Assembly (NCBI GenBank): GCA_964617735.1 | Contig: CAZTXT010000001.1 | Coordinates: 331,589-395,588, forward strand | Direction of reading: 5' to 3' | Source: an uncultured Candidatus Saccharibacteria bacterium | GTDB taxonomy: Bacteria; Patescibacteriota; Minisyncoccia; Phycocordibacterales; DSPV01 | Length of the DNA: 64,000 bases | In this document: positions 39,932-49,793 of the stretch, piece after piece | How positions within the stretch are numbered: position 1 is the first letter of the stretch | How the letters are laid out: every line of letters begins with the position of its first letter | Notes under the pieces: model-generated | What the model was told of the DNA's origin: nothing | The model's database searches: none | Seen by the model: the letters and a program-made list of their open reading frames with translations, nothing else | Made by a program: the position numbers and the translations under genes

Positions 39932-41098
39932 TCAAGCGTGCAGTTTGAGATTTCCCTGTGCGCGAATCTCGGGATTTTGGTGCAAAGTCGAGGGTATGCA
40001 GTGCAGGTATCCGGCGGCCGCGATCATGGTCGCGTTGTCAGTTGAGTGTTTAAACTGCGGCACAAACAGTTTCACTTCGGGCATTTCTTTGAGGAGCCGT
40101 GCAAATGAATTTCTTAACCATTCGTTTGCGACAACGCCACCTCCGATGACGAGGCTTTTAGCGCCATATTCGACGATCGCGCGCCTAGTTTTTTCTACGA
40201 GCACTTGTGTGACCGCGTCTTCGAATTCGCGTGCAATGGCGGCTTTTTGTTCATAAGAGAGCACACCGAGCTTTCTCATCTGGTAGAGCACCGACGTTTT
40301 GATCCCCGAAAATGAGAAATCGTAATCTTTTGAATGTAGCATCGGCCGCGGCAGAGCAAAGACCATCGGAAGGTCCCTTTCGCGTGCTTCTTTCGCCAGT
40401 CGCGAGATCTGGGGACCACCGGGGTAGGGGAGGTTCAGCAAGCGCGCAACCTTGTCGAATGCTTCACCGACCGCATCGTCGTGCGTTTGTCCGATGAGAG
40501 AATAGTGCAGAAGGTCTCTGATCGCTATCAATTCCGTATGGCCTCCGGAGATCAGCAATGCGACGGCGGGAGTGACGAGCTCGGTTGTCTCTCGACCGGC
40601 ATCAGGCAAGAGCACTGAAGCGATATGCCCTTCCATATGGTTAGTCGGGATCACGGGAATACTCCAGATCGCACCCAATGCGGTTGCGAAGTTGATGCCA
40701 ACCCAGAGCGCCGGCTCGAGCCCGGGGCCGTGAGTGACCGCGATCGCGTCTATAGGCGGTTTTTCGATCGAGGGAATTGATTCGAGGAATTGTTTGAGCA
40801 ACTCCGGCTCCCGCTTGAGCGTTGCACTGATACGCTTAGTATCGTAGACATGCGGTGATGGAGAGATGGTAAGCCATCCTGCTTTGATGAGGAGTTCTTT
40901 GAAGAGCGGTATGAGATTTTTGGCATGCTCGCGCTTTGCCATCATAGGGAACACGCCGCCGAACGGTTTATGGGTTTCTATCTGGGAATGCACGACTTCC
41001 GCGCGCACCGTAAAATGCGGTTTGGGAAGTTGACCGGCACCTTCAAGCAATGCCAGCGCGGTCTCGTCGCAGGATGTTTCTATTCCTAAGATTTTCAT
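39932..41098 (-). CDS. tsaD: tRNA N6-threonylcarbamoyltransferase
   Basis: LGIETSCDET, HMEGH, SGGHT, DDAVGEAFDKVA and TDNA motifs. Confidence 0.97.
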   Translation of the reverse strand: MKILGIETSCDETALALLEGAGQLPKPHFTVRAEVVHSQIETHKPFGGVFPMMAKREHAKNLIPLFKELLIKAGWLTISPSPHVYDTKRISATLKREPELLKQFLESIPSIEKPPIDAIAVTHGPGLEPALWVGINFATALGAIWSIPVIPTNHMEGHIASVLLPDAGRETTELVTPAVALLISGGHTELIAIRDLLHYSLIGQTHDDAVGEAFDKVARLLNLPYPGGPQISRLAKEARERDLPMVFALPRPMLHSKDYDFSFSGIKTSVLYQMRKLGVLSYEQKAAIAREFEDAVTQVLVEKTRRAIVEYGAKSLVIGGGVVANEWLRNSFARLLKEMPEVKLFVPQFKHSTDNATMIAAAGYLHCIPSTLHQNPEIRAQGNLKLHA

Positions 41099-41199
41099 GG
41101 CGTTTGTTACTCTACCGCGCGTTTTTTGCAAATGCAATTAATAGCAGGATTGCTGTAAATATATTCTAGATGTAATATGAGTATGAAAACGTTCTTTTC

Positions 41200-41529
41200 A
41201 TGAGCGTCAAACGAGAAAGGATAGTTATGGATATCTATATTCCTATTCCTACTAAAGAAGAGGCAGGTGAGTTATGGCAGGAGGTCGAGACCTTGCGGAG
41301 GAATCTCGACGAGGTGCTCAAACATCCGGGCGAATTTGTCCTGATCAAGGGTGATGACATCATTGGTTACTATAAGGATTTCAAGGCGTGCATGGAGGAG
41401 GGTTATAGGCGATTCCTGAATGAGGTCTTTATGGCGCAATCGGTGGATGCAATTACAAATCCAATCATCCATCGTTTGGGTGCGCGGTCCTTTTTACCGC
41501 CTAAACATTTTGAAGCCCCGCCCGCGTGA
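41200..41529 (+). CDS. hypothetical protein (DUF5678-like)
   Basis: KHPGEFVLIKGDDIIGYY...EEGYRRF. Confidence 0.55.
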   Translation: MSVKRERIVMDIYIPIPTKEEAGELWQEVETLRRNLDEVLKHPGEFVLIKGDDIIGYYKDFKACMEEGYRRFLNEVFMAQSVDAITNPIIHRLGARSFLPPKHFEAPPA

Positions 41530-41585
41530 CTCTTTTTCACGGCGTTATCGTACAAAGCGGCGACCTTTGGTCGCCGCTTTTATAT

Positions 41586-42338
41586 TCAGTATCCCTCGAT
41601 GAGACGCTCCAGTGTTTCCAGTTGTTCCGGGGTGTTCGCTCCGAGCGCGGTCATGGGGTCGATCGAGACACTAGTGATGGGCTCACCGTGTCTGCGCGCC
41701 ATTTCCGGCAGGGCCGTCAGATAGTATTCGCCCTGGGCATTGTCGGTGTCCAAGAGCTTCAGGGCATTCCACAGCCACGATGCGCGGAAGCAGAAATAGG
41801 AAGGATTTACCTCGGTTATCAGAAGTTCTTTTTCATTTGCATCTTTAGTTTCGACGATGCGCTCCACGTCTCCTTCGGCGTTTCGTATGATACGCCCGAA
41901 GTCTTTAAACGATGCCCGCCAGCCATCGAAATCTTCGAGGGGAACGGTTGCCATAGTGATCGGGGACTGTTTGGCAAGGTGCGCTTCGGCGATGCGGTTT
42001 ATCGTCTCGGTATTCATCAGCGGATGATCTCCGTAGAGTACCATGATGTGTTCAGCTACTCCTCGGAGGGATTTTTCGGCACAGAGCACGGCGTGCCCCG
42101 TACCAAGTTGTTCCGACTGCAGTACATAGTGGTATTCAGGGCCGCAGGCAGCTTTCACCTGCTCGCTCTCGACGCCAACGATGATCGTTGCTGGTTTTGA
42201 GACTCGTGCGGGTGTGAGCGCCTCAAGAAGATGCGTTATCAGCGATTTTCCGCGCATCGGCAGAAGCACTTTGGGCAATTCAGAGCGCATCCGCTTGCCC
42301 TTTCCTGCGGCTAAGATGATTGGTTTGATTGAATCCAT
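41586..42338 (-). CDS. GlmU-like nucleotidyltransferase (uridyltransferase domain only)
   Basis: ILAAGKGKRMRSELPKVL, EQLGTGHAV, YGDHP and NAQGEYYLT motifs. No hexapeptide repeat domain. Confidence 0.88.
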   Translation of the reverse strand: MDSIKPIILAAGKGKRMRSELPKVLLPMRGKSLITHLLEALTPARVSKPATIIVGVESEQVKAACGPEYHYVLQSEQLGTGHAVLCAEKSLRGVAEHIMVLYGDHPLMNTETINRIAEAHLAKQSPITMATVPLEDFDGWRASFKDFGRIIRNAEGDVERIVETKDANEKELLITEVNPSYFCFRASWLWNALKLLDTDNAQGEYYLTALPEMARRHGEPITSVSIDPMTALGANTPEQLETLERLIEGY

Positions 42339-42340
42339 TT

Positions 42341-42435
42341 TGGTGCGCGGTGAGGGACTTGGTCACCCATAATCTTCTGGTGAAGATTTGTGCGACCCCG
42401 CCTCGCGCGCCGTCGCGCTCCGGCTTTCAAGTCCC
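42341..42435 (-). repeat. tRNA-3'-end-associated structured element (Val copy)
   Basis: Minus strand reads GGGACTTGAA-AGCCGGAGCG...GCGCGAGGCGGGGTCG...GTGACC-AAGTCCCTCACCGCGCACCA. Confidence 0.82.
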
Positions 42436-42493
42436 GGATGAAGCTTACTAATGCCCCCTCGGACAGCCATCTGGCTGTCCTCGCGGATCATTG

Positions 42494-42566
42494 TGCGCGG
42501 TGAGGGACTTGAACCCCCGACCCTCCCTACGTCAAAGGGATGCTCTACCAACTGAGCTAACCGCGC
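42494..42566 (-). tRNA. tRNA-Val(GAC)
   Basis: Cloverleaf with anticodon loop TTGACGT and T-loop TTCAAGT. No CCA. Confidence 0.94.
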
Positions 42567-42608
42567 ATTTTGTTATCAAACCGCACGTTCGAATCAGGAG
42601 CTATCCTA

Positions 42609-43034
42609 TCACAAATTCTTTAACTCAAACAAGACGTTATGAAAGAACTCTTTGTCTCTAGGGTGGGTCAGTAACGCCGAAACATCTTCTTTGTTGACCC
42701 AGCGAGCTTCCGGGTTGTCCGGGTCTTGCGGTGCAAGCTTGATCTGCGTGGTCTTGAACAAGAACATATGGATGAGCTTGAGCTCATTTTTATCTTCGCC
42801 TCCGTCTTTCCCGATCTTATACCGCTTGTAACTCCCGAGCGCCTTTATGAACGTGACTTCATTGATTCCGCTTTCTTCACCGATCTCGCGCTTCGCCGCC
42901 GAAAGGGCATCCTCGCCCTCGTCGATGTGTCCTTTAGGCAGAGACCATGAATTGCCATGCTGACTTACAACCAGAATCTCTCCGTTGGGATTCACTACCA
43001 CCCCGCCCGCAGATTTTGTTTCTCGCGAGTACAT
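42609..43034 (-). CDS. NUDIX hydrolase
   Basis: PKGHIDEGEDALSAAKREIGEESG Nudix box. Confidence 0.93.
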   Translation of the reverse strand: MYSRETKSAGGVVVNPNGEILVVSQHGNSWSLPKGHIDEGEDALSAAKREIGEESGINEVTFIKALGSYKRYKIGKDGGEDKNELKLIHMFLFKTTQIKLAPQDPDNPEARWVNKEDVSALLTHPRDKEFFHNVLFELKNL

Positions 43035-43071
43035 CAGAGCTTCTTTATGGGCGAGATTGGATTGATTCGTC

Positions 43072-43377
43072 TCATTTTTTAGCTCTTCTTTTGAGTACAG
43101 ACTTCTGCGAAGGACTCAATGCCTTATCTGTTCGATGAGTGCAACCATACCAACAACACGGACGGCGCATCCCTTCCTTTAGTTCCGAGATAACCCTGTC
43201 GACATGCTCTTTCCTTTTCTCTGGAGTCTTAACGGAGATAGTCCAACAAATCCATTCATTGCGGGAAAGTGGTGTAACGTCTTCCCAAGCCTCCAAAGCT
43301 TTAGAATCAGACGACAGCGCTTTCCGCAAGTCTGACGGTAGTTCATGCACTACTCCACTGGAGATTTTTCTGCTCAT
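43072..43377 (-). CDS. YdeI/OmpD-associated family protein
   Basis: LPSDLRKAL, TPLSRNEWICW and RRPCCWYGC motifs. Confidence 0.85.
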   Translation of the reverse strand: MSRKISSGVVHELPSDLRKALSSDSKALEAWEDVTPLSRNEWICWTISVKTPEKRKEHVDRVISELKEGMRRPCCWYGCTHRTDKALSPSQKSVLKRRAKK

Positions 43378-43622
43378 ACATTCATTATACCAATTCCGAG
43401 GTTCTTGGGTCTGTCGATCTGTCTGCTAGCAGGCAGGTACAAAAGTCTTCGGGTGGAGAGAGTGGGTTAAGTACTAGAGTGGTGAGACACCACAAAGTTA
43501 TTTAGTAGAGTTTTGAGCATTGAAATGATGTGTGTGGGTCAGGTTCGATTTCTGGCTATTTCAAACAATTCTTGGTAGTATCCAGCGCAGACAGCAAACC
43601 ATCAACCAGAAAGGACAACAAC

Positions 43623-44015
43623 GTGGGAGTCAGCATGATTACCGCCCTGGAAATATTCACGAATCCAAGCGACCTTGAAATCACTATCGAGCAGGAGAAG
43701 GAAGGAGCGAAGTTCGCCGTTGGGATCTTCCGTGGCCCCGGCCACAACTTCAAGCCGATGCTCACCTCACAGCCGTTCGCCGAAAAGCTGGAAGACGCTG
43801 TGGAAACGATCAAAAGAACGCTCGAATCAATCCATGAAGCCCTGACAAAGGATTTCGCGGACCGCAAGAGCCTTCCATCGCAATACCTAAATCCTGACGG
43901 TCTGGAAATCGATCAGTCAAAAGTCTTGAATCCCAAGCTGATCGCCCGGATTCTCAACGAGCTTCGGCAACACCGAGTCGCGAGCACCTACAAGATGCTC
44001 GCTTCAGTGGGTTGA
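43623..44015 (+). CDS. hypothetical protein
   Basis: GTG start after AAAGGA; terminator at 44038-44071. Confidence 0.6.
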   Translation: MGVSMITALEIFTNPSDLEITIEQEKEGAKFAVGIFRGPGHNFKPMLTSQPFAEKLEDAVETIKRTLESIHEALTKDFADRKSLPSQYLNPDGLEIDQSKVLNPKLIARILNELRQHRVASTYKMLASVG

Positions 44016-44140
44016 ACAATCCCTACGAACATACAAAGCCAGTAATGCAAAATTGTTACTGGTCTTTTTTTATTCATTTATATGTTTATAGGTTGCCCCA
44101 CCGTCCCAACCACTCGGATCATGCCGATAATATGTTTTAT

Positions 44141-44230
44141 TGGCGGAGGAGGTGAGATTCGAACTCACGAGAGGATTTCTCCCCTACCGCATTTCGAGTG
44201 CGGCGCGTTAGACCACTCTGCCACTCCTCC
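44141..44230 (-). tRNA. tRNA-Ser(CGA)
   Basis: Anticodon loop CTCGAAA, long variable arm, CCA encoded. Confidence 0.95.
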
Positions 44231-44307
44231 TTCATACTGCACAGACCGAAAGAATATAGCATTTTTTGCGGAATCTTCAAAAAATGTTATTATTTTCCAG
44301 CCGAAGC

Positions 44308-44382
44308 GGCCCTATCGTCTAACGGTTAGGACGTGGGCTTTTCAAGCCTAAAATCCGGGTTCGATTCCCGGTAGGGTCACCA
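44308..44382 (+). tRNA. tRNA-Glu(TTC)
   Basis: Anticodon loop TTTTCAA, T-loop TTCGATT, ends in CCA. Confidence 0.95.
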
Positions 44383-46078
44383 GTTGGGTTTTATCCCGTT
44401 TGAAATCTTCAGATAGCTTGAAGAGTGGCTGTAATTTTGGTGTTCCATTAACTATCTCGGAGTAGGTCGGAACTTCCTCAAAAAATAAGCTCAATAGGGC
44501 TCGGCGTGACTGCAGATTGTCTGCGTTTGCAATGATTTCTGCGGGGTGTTCCATTATGCGTCGCGCGTAGCTAATAAACCCTTTGATGCTTCTCTCGGTG
44601 ATTTCAATCTGACCGCGTTTGCTTTCTGCCTCCTTAATACGGGCATCAAGCTCGTGCACTTGCTCTTCGAGCATGCGCCGCACTGTCGCATTGTCGGTCA
44701 ACGTAAGTGCATCAAGTTTGCGGACTTGTTCGGCTTTTAAATCTCCAACGTTGTGGCTAATTCGAGAGGACTGTTCAACGATTTCCTTCTCACGTTCGCG
44801 GTATTTTTTAATCAGCTTTTCGTGTAGCTTGTCGATAAAAGATTTATCAAATCGCAAACTGTCCAAATAATTCTTGATATTTTCTTCGAACTCTTTCTTT
44901 GGGACTCTGAAGCCGACATGCGCTCGCTTACTAACTTTTGCGCCGCCGCAATGATAAGCGGGAAACGTCTCACCGGATTTACCTCGAGACGCGCTCCCGA
45001 GGCATTCGGCTCTGCAGTGAGGGCATGGAATCACTTTCCATGGATATAAGGGATTGTCCTTCATTCGCTTCACTTTGCCCCATGGAGTGTAGTTATGAAC
45101 GACTTGAACGGTATTGTCGGCATTTTCTTTAATAAAAATTGCTCCGCGGTTTGCGCGATTAAACTTGTCGATGGAAACGATGCCTGTGAATTGCTGCATC
45201 CGTACGGGTTGGTGCTTTGTCCATTTTTCGTAATTTATTCCCGCATATTCTGTCTGAAGCACGAAACGCTGAAGCTGCTTCACTGTTAAAGATTTGCCCC
45301 CTCTTTTGCCGACGATTTTATAGTTCTCTACGTCACTTCTATCCCAACGCCTGTATGCGCGTGTCTTAAAGCCCTCTGCGTTTAGTTGCTTAACAATTTC
45401 TTTGTCGTCAACGCCAGCCGCTCGCAAGTCAAACATTTTGACGAAGAAATGTGCTCTTTCGGGGTCTGCCTCTCGGACAACGCGCTCTCGTCGGCCAATG
45501 ATAATCTTTTTATTTTTGAGACCGTCAGGAGCACGTCTCCCAGCGTAACCATCACGTACGTAACCAATTTCTGCCCCGACCATTCGCGTAAGGATATCTC
45601 TTGCTTCGGCCTTGCCTCTATGCGCTTCTAGCATCTCGGCTGCTTCACTCGGGTAGAACCTACTCCACTCGTATTCAACTCCAAGATGCTCCAGCGTATT
45701 CTTTTCAGGTTGGATTATTCCGTAGCTATCGCAAATTTGTACGCCGATTTTCGCAAAATCTTTTTTTAGGCGGTCGTATTCTGGGAAACCCTCGCGCGTG
45801 AGGCGGTCGATGGATTTAAAAATATAATACTGGATTGGTCTTGAAGCGTTCTTGCGGTTCCATCCTGAAATAAATTGCTTAATCATTTCGATATCTTCTC
45901 GCTCTGCGGTCGTCGCAGAGTGCGGTTTCTTAAAGACCTTGGCAACATCCCAATTACGACCCTCGGCATAACGACGTCCGATAATTTCTTGGTCTTCCAA
46001 ACTGCTTCCGCCCACTTGGCTGATATCACTCACGCGACAGTCGATTACGCAGTATTCTTTTTTGTCTTCAGTCGCCAT
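44348..46078 (-). CDS. large serine recombinase (integrase)
   Basis: DCRVS, SIDRLTR, CPHC...YHC zinc ribbon and coiled coil. The stop codon lies antisense within tRNA-Glu. Confidence 0.9.
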   Translation of the reverse strand: MATEDKKEYCVIDCRVSDISQVGGSSLEDQEIIGRRYAEGRNWDVAKVFKKPHSATTAEREDIEMIKQFISGWNRKNASRPIQYYIFKSIDRLTREGFPEYDRLKKDFAKIGVQICDSYGIIQPEKNTLEHLGVEYEWSRFYPSEAAEMLEAHRGKAEARDILTRMVGAEIGYVRDGYAGRRAPDGLKNKKIIIGRRERVVREADPERAHFFVKMFDLRAAGVDDKEIVKQLNAEGFKTRAYRRWDRSDVENYKIVGKRGGKSLTVKQLQRFVLQTEYAGINYEKWTKHQPVRMQQFTGIVSIDKFNRANRGAIFIKENADNTVQVVHNYTPWGKVKRMKDNPLYPWKVIPCPHCRAECLGSASRGKSGETFPAYHCGGAKVSKRAHVGFRVPKKEFEENIKNYLDSLRFDKSFIDKLHEKLIKKYREREKEIVEQSSRISHNVGDLKAEQVRKLDALTLTDNATVRRMLEEQVHELDARIKEAESKRGQIEITERSIKGFISYARRIMEHPAEIIANADNLQSRRALLSLFFEEVPTYSEIVNGTPKLQPLFKLSEDFKRDKTQLVTLPGIEPGF

Positions 46079-46080
46079 AC

Positions 46081-46326
46081 TCAAATGTTATCAGTTTCTA
46101 CCGGAAGAGCGGAACCGTTTTTTAGCTCGCGTAGCCACGAGTCGAAAAGCACGTCGGATAGTTGTTCCAACAATAAATCGACCCGTTCGACCGACGGAAA
46201 GTCGCTGCTGCCTTTGATTTCGTCTTTAGGTGCCACAGAAGCCCGCTCATGGCCTTGCAGGTGTCGGGAGAGACCCACAAAGCCATAAAAGGGCTTCGGT
46301 TCTCCCAACTTCTTGAAATGGGGCAA
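46081..46326 (-). CDS. small hypothetical protein upstream of the integrase
   Basis: The ORF ends 2 nt before the integrase ATG and has a helical C-terminus. The start is uncertain. Confidence 0.35.
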   Translation of the reverse strand: MPHFKKLGEPKPFYGFVGLSRHLQGHERASVAPKDEIKGSSDFPSVERVDLLLEQLSDVLFDSWLRELKNGSALPVETDNI

Positions 46327-46439
46327 TAAAAAAGCCCCGACCTCAAATCGGCATTTCTCAGGCCAGAGCGGACTCTGCGAGAAATAGCCGATTTCCTTGG
46401 CGTGGCTCGCTTTGTCCTGTGGCAGTTAGTCCAATTCTA

Positions 46440-47195
46440 TCACGCAGCGTGGGCAGCTGTCACTGCGCCCTTTTGTCGTTCATAGGCGCGTATTATGGCC
46501 TCCTTCAATTCATTCGGCTTAACCTCGTATATTTGGAAATCTTTGATATTGTCCTCCTTCAAGTGCAATTGGCCTTCTCCAACGTTCCCGCGATGCTGCC
46601 CCTTGGAATAGTATTTATTGCTCTTTACCTCATCTGAAGATAAGACCCAGTACTTGATAACGTCGCGCCAAACGGCTACCCATACAAAAACGTCACAGTG
46701 TGCCGGCTTGATTTGCTGAAAATTCATCCAAAACGAATGCTTACTTTCAAAAGAAAGGGCTTTAACGTAAAGCGCCTCTGAACTATCGCCATTGACAGCA
46801 CGGGACGCTTTAACCTCAATGCGTATCAAATTACTGCCATCATTGAGCAAAAAGTCGTAGTCACCTTTGTAATTTTGCTCAATTTTTTTCGTGGGCTTAA
46901 CTAGGTCAGGAACAAGCTCCTTTAAATGACCTTGTGCCCACTGTTCGCCAAATCCTCGTGGTGAACTTATCTCGAATATGTAAAGGTACATATTTCGAGC
47001 AATATATTCGTCTCTGATTTCGTAATAATCGTCCAGCGTTATTTTTCCAAATCCCATGAGTGACGAAATGATGTATTCGTACTCGTTAAATGGGTACACT
47101 GACACCAAGTCAGTTAAGCGTGAGCGAATAATTTCCCGCTTATCTGCCGACAGCTCGTCAATCAGCTTGTTCAGTTTTTCTTTCAGGTACTCCAT
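46440..47195 (-). CDS. putative PD-(D/E)xK restriction endonuclease
   Basis: GEQWAQGHL...YDFLL...IEVKASR...NFQQIK; coupled to the MTase gene. Confidence 0.75.
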   Translation of the reverse strand: MEYLKEKLNKLIDELSADKREIIRSRLTDLVSVYPFNEYEYIISSLMGFGKITLDDYYEIRDEYIARNMYLYIFEISSPRGFGEQWAQGHLKELVPDLVKPTKKIEQNYKGDYDFLLNDGSNLIRIEVKASRAVNGDSSEALYVKALSFESKHSFWMNFQQIKPAHCDVFVWVAVWRDVIKYWVLSSDEVKSNKYYSKGQHRGNVGEGQLHLKEDNIKDFQIYEVKPNELKEAIIRAYERQKGAVTAAHAA

Positions 47196-47198
47196 TGT

Positions 47199-49118
47199 TT
47201 ATTCGTATGTTAATAATTTCTCGGATGATTTAATGCCTTGCCTGACAAACTCCTGCTCACCCTTGGTTAGGTTAAACAGTTCCATTATAGAACAGTCGAG
47301 TTTATTGTGCATTTCTGCGCGTTCCTGTGCAGGGGTCTCTTTTCGCAGGAGTACTTCAAGCATTTTTGCAATTATTTTATGCTGACTTTCAGAAATAAGT
47401 GGTAGGGGCAGCTTCTCGACATCGCTTCGCAAAATCTTTATCGAGCGGAATTTCTTTTGATATACAAACTGGTAAAGAGAAGAATTAAATAATGCGAGTA
47501 CGGTCTTTATAGGATAGTTGGGAACTTTTGGAATTAAAATGTTGGCACTATTCAGAGTAAGCGTCTGCTTGTCGTCATAAGCAAAAACCAAATCCTTCGA
47601 AATGAATTTGTATATCAGTTTCTCCGCCGCTCTATATTTGCCTACGGGTGCTACCTGTTGAAATTTATCTGGCTCGAACTTAATGAAATGTTTTGGTGAA
47701 TTAAACAAGTATCGCTTTATCTCCTTACCGGTCAAAATGGCTTCGCTTCCAGCTTCTTTTTTGGGAAGAAGATACTTCTTATTATCACCAGTTACTACTC
47801 CAAGAGCCCACTCCGATTGACCTGCAAGTGAGGTGTGCTTTACGGCGAAAAACTTGTCGATGATGGCAAGTTCGTTGTTTCCGTTGAACACATCGAACGT
47901 AAAGTCAGGGTTCGACTTTAGCCGTGCTTGCAGCACTTTGTGAACAGTGCCGTTTTCCACCTCAAATTCGGAATTTTCGCTTGGCATTTTCTTGCGGACG
48001 TCCAAACGTATTACCGGTGTGAATACTTTCTTAAAAACGCGATTTAGGTGCTTTACTCTCGCGATTTCTGTCTGATGCAGTATTAAATTTCGAACATCCC
48101 TATGGATTTTTACGTGGAGGATTGCTTCGGGCAATATATAAGCCAAAACCCCACCATCCTTAAGCATGTCACGCCCCTTTGATATAAAAAGTGAAAATGC
48201 TTCGTCGGAGCTTATGTGCGGATAATTCTCCTGAATTTGTACAATCTCCGAGGGAGAGAAATGGACTCCCCATGGTGGGTTTGTCATCACAACATCAAAT
48301 TCTGGGAGCGCTTCCGAGTCAGAAAATAGAGTGTCTTTTAAAAATATATTTGGTTCGAAATCTGTGTCAGCAAATTTAATCAGAAGGTTAATACGTGCAA
48401 TTTTGACGGCAGTTTCGTCGATATCAAACCCCCACAATTGTGATGGATGTTTTACTGCGGTCGCAGCAGAAAGTAAAAATTGTCCGGTGCCACAGCATGG
48501 GTCTAAAACGATGCCAGAGGGTTGGACATATTCCTGCACGATATCTTCTACGACCCAGCGTGGAGTATAGTAAGACCCGCCTTGTGCCTTTTTTCCTTCC
48601 AACGAAAGAGATTGGTAAATGAGTCCGAGAAAATCACCGGTCTTTGGCAACTTATATTTGAGCAAGTCAGAATATTCAGTTTCAGAAAAAGTATTTTTTG
48701 TCCGCTCTTTCCACCAATTCAGTTCTTGCTTTAAACTTTTGCTTTTGAGCCCAGCTGCTTTAACTGCATTGAATACAAGTGCATAAAGCAGCGCATGTTT
48801 ATCTAATTCTCGGGAATGAAATTCATCCAGTACGTACTGAACAAAATGCAACATTTCCTCGCTGTCCGCGTATTCTTCGGGGATAAACATGCCTTGAGCA
48901 TGCTTTTTGTTCGCTCGCTTATTAAGTCGACCGAGTTCGCCATTGGCTATCTTTTCCTTCAGGTCTCGAACTTGTTGGTAGTCGAATAAAACCTTTCTTC
49001 CTTGGGTTGTCGGGACAAGATAATCGTGCCTTATCCAATTACGAACAGTGGCCGAAGAAACGCCTAAAAGCGACACTGCTTCTTTAAGGTCTATTTCTCT
49101 TTGTGGCGCACTTTGCAT
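47199..49118 (-). CDS. N6-adenine DNA methyltransferase (gamma/TaqI-like) with N-terminal HTH
   Basis: GSYYTP, DPCCGTG and NPPW motifs. The N-terminus LKEAVSLLGVSSATVRNW is an HTH. Confidence 0.9.
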   Translation of the reverse strand: MQSAPQREIDLKEAVSLLGVSSATVRNWIRHDYLVPTTQGRKVLFDYQQVRDLKEKIANGELGRLNKRANKKHAQGMFIPEEYADSEEMLHFVQYVLDEFHSRELDKHALLYALVFNAVKAAGLKSKSLKQELNWWKERTKNTFSETEYSDLLKYKLPKTGDFLGLIYQSLSLEGKKAQGGSYYTPRWVVEDIVQEYVQPSGIVLDPCCGTGQFLLSAATAVKHPSQLWGFDIDETAVKIARINLLIKFADTDFEPNIFLKDTLFSDSEALPEFDVVMTNPPWGVHFSPSEIVQIQENYPHISSDEAFSLFISKGRDMLKDGGVLAYILPEAILHVKIHRDVRNLILHQTEIARVKHLNRVFKKVFTPVIRLDVRKKMPSENSEFEVENGTVHKVLQARLKSNPDFTFDVFNGNNELAIIDKFFAVKHTSLAGQSEWALGVVTGDNKKYLLPKKEAGSEAILTGKEIKRYLFNSPKHFIKFEPDKFQQVAPVGKYRAAEKLIYKFISKDLVFAYDDKQTLTLNSANILIPKVPNYPIKTVLALFNSSLYQFVYQKKFRSIKILRSDVEKLPLPLISESQHKIIAKMLEVLLRKETPAQERAEMHNKLDCSIMELFNLTKGEQEFVRQGIKSSEKLLTYE

Positions 49119-49145
49119 GTAACCATTGTAATACAACGCCTAAAT

Positions 49146-49598
49146 TCATGCCTTTTGTTTACGACCCCAGACAAGCTTTTGACGCAGTTTTTCTTCAAAT
49201 TCATCCACAAGGGCTTGAACTTCAGGACTAGGTGAAGGGTCGCTATGGGCGTCTCGACTTGTAATCTCTACTTTTTGCCGTACCCCAAATTCATATGGTC
49301 TTTTACGCTCAAGATACCGAAATGCGTATACCGGATTATCAAGATTTTGTACCATTGTTTGCCGAGCTTTTAATATTGGCTGCGTTCGTATGGCTTCAAA
49401 CCTCTCCAAAAGGTCTCTATTTTGACTTATCCAGTGATAGTAGGTTGAAGGGGAGATGTTGGCATAAAAACAAGCTTCTTCGACTGTTGCGTCGAGCGCA
49501 AATGCTTGTTCGAGCTTTTGTATGGTTTCGGGTTTGAACTTACTCACTGCTCGCGAGATTCGCTGTCTTCGAAGCTGTTCGTTAGATGGCCTAGTCAT
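49146..49598 (-). CDS. terminase-small-subunit-like HTH protein
   Basis: ETIQKLEQAFALDATVEEACFYANISPSTYYHW...AFRYLERKRPYEFG. Confidence 0.6.
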   Translation of the reverse strand: MTRPSNEQLRRQRISRAVSKFKPETIQKLEQAFALDATVEEACFYANISPSTYYHWISQNRDLLERFEAIRTQPILKARQTMVQNLDNPVYAFRYLERKRPYEFGVRQKVEITSRDAHSDPSPSPEVQALVDEFEEKLRQKLVWGRKQKA

Positions 49599-49793
49599 AG
49601 TGTTCTATTACACAATGGTGAGAATCTTTAATCGAAAAAAGTCGACTTTACGCGGGCGATAAGTTCAACGCGTTGGTGGTTTCAAACACGCGGTTCCAAG
49701 AAATTATCATGCTTTCCATAGTGTTCCATTGGAAGTACACTGGGCTCAAAAAGCGTCAGAAATCGCAAAGCAATTTGCGATTTTAGCTTTTGA

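Noticed and set aside
41586-42338. Truncated glmU pseudogene
   Set aside because: The uridyltransferase domain is intact with a clean stop, and no downstream acetyltransferase remnant is present.
43538-43556. tRNA-like T-arm GTCAGG-TTCGATT-TCTGGC
   Set aside because: No convincing acceptor, D or anticodon arms could be built around it.
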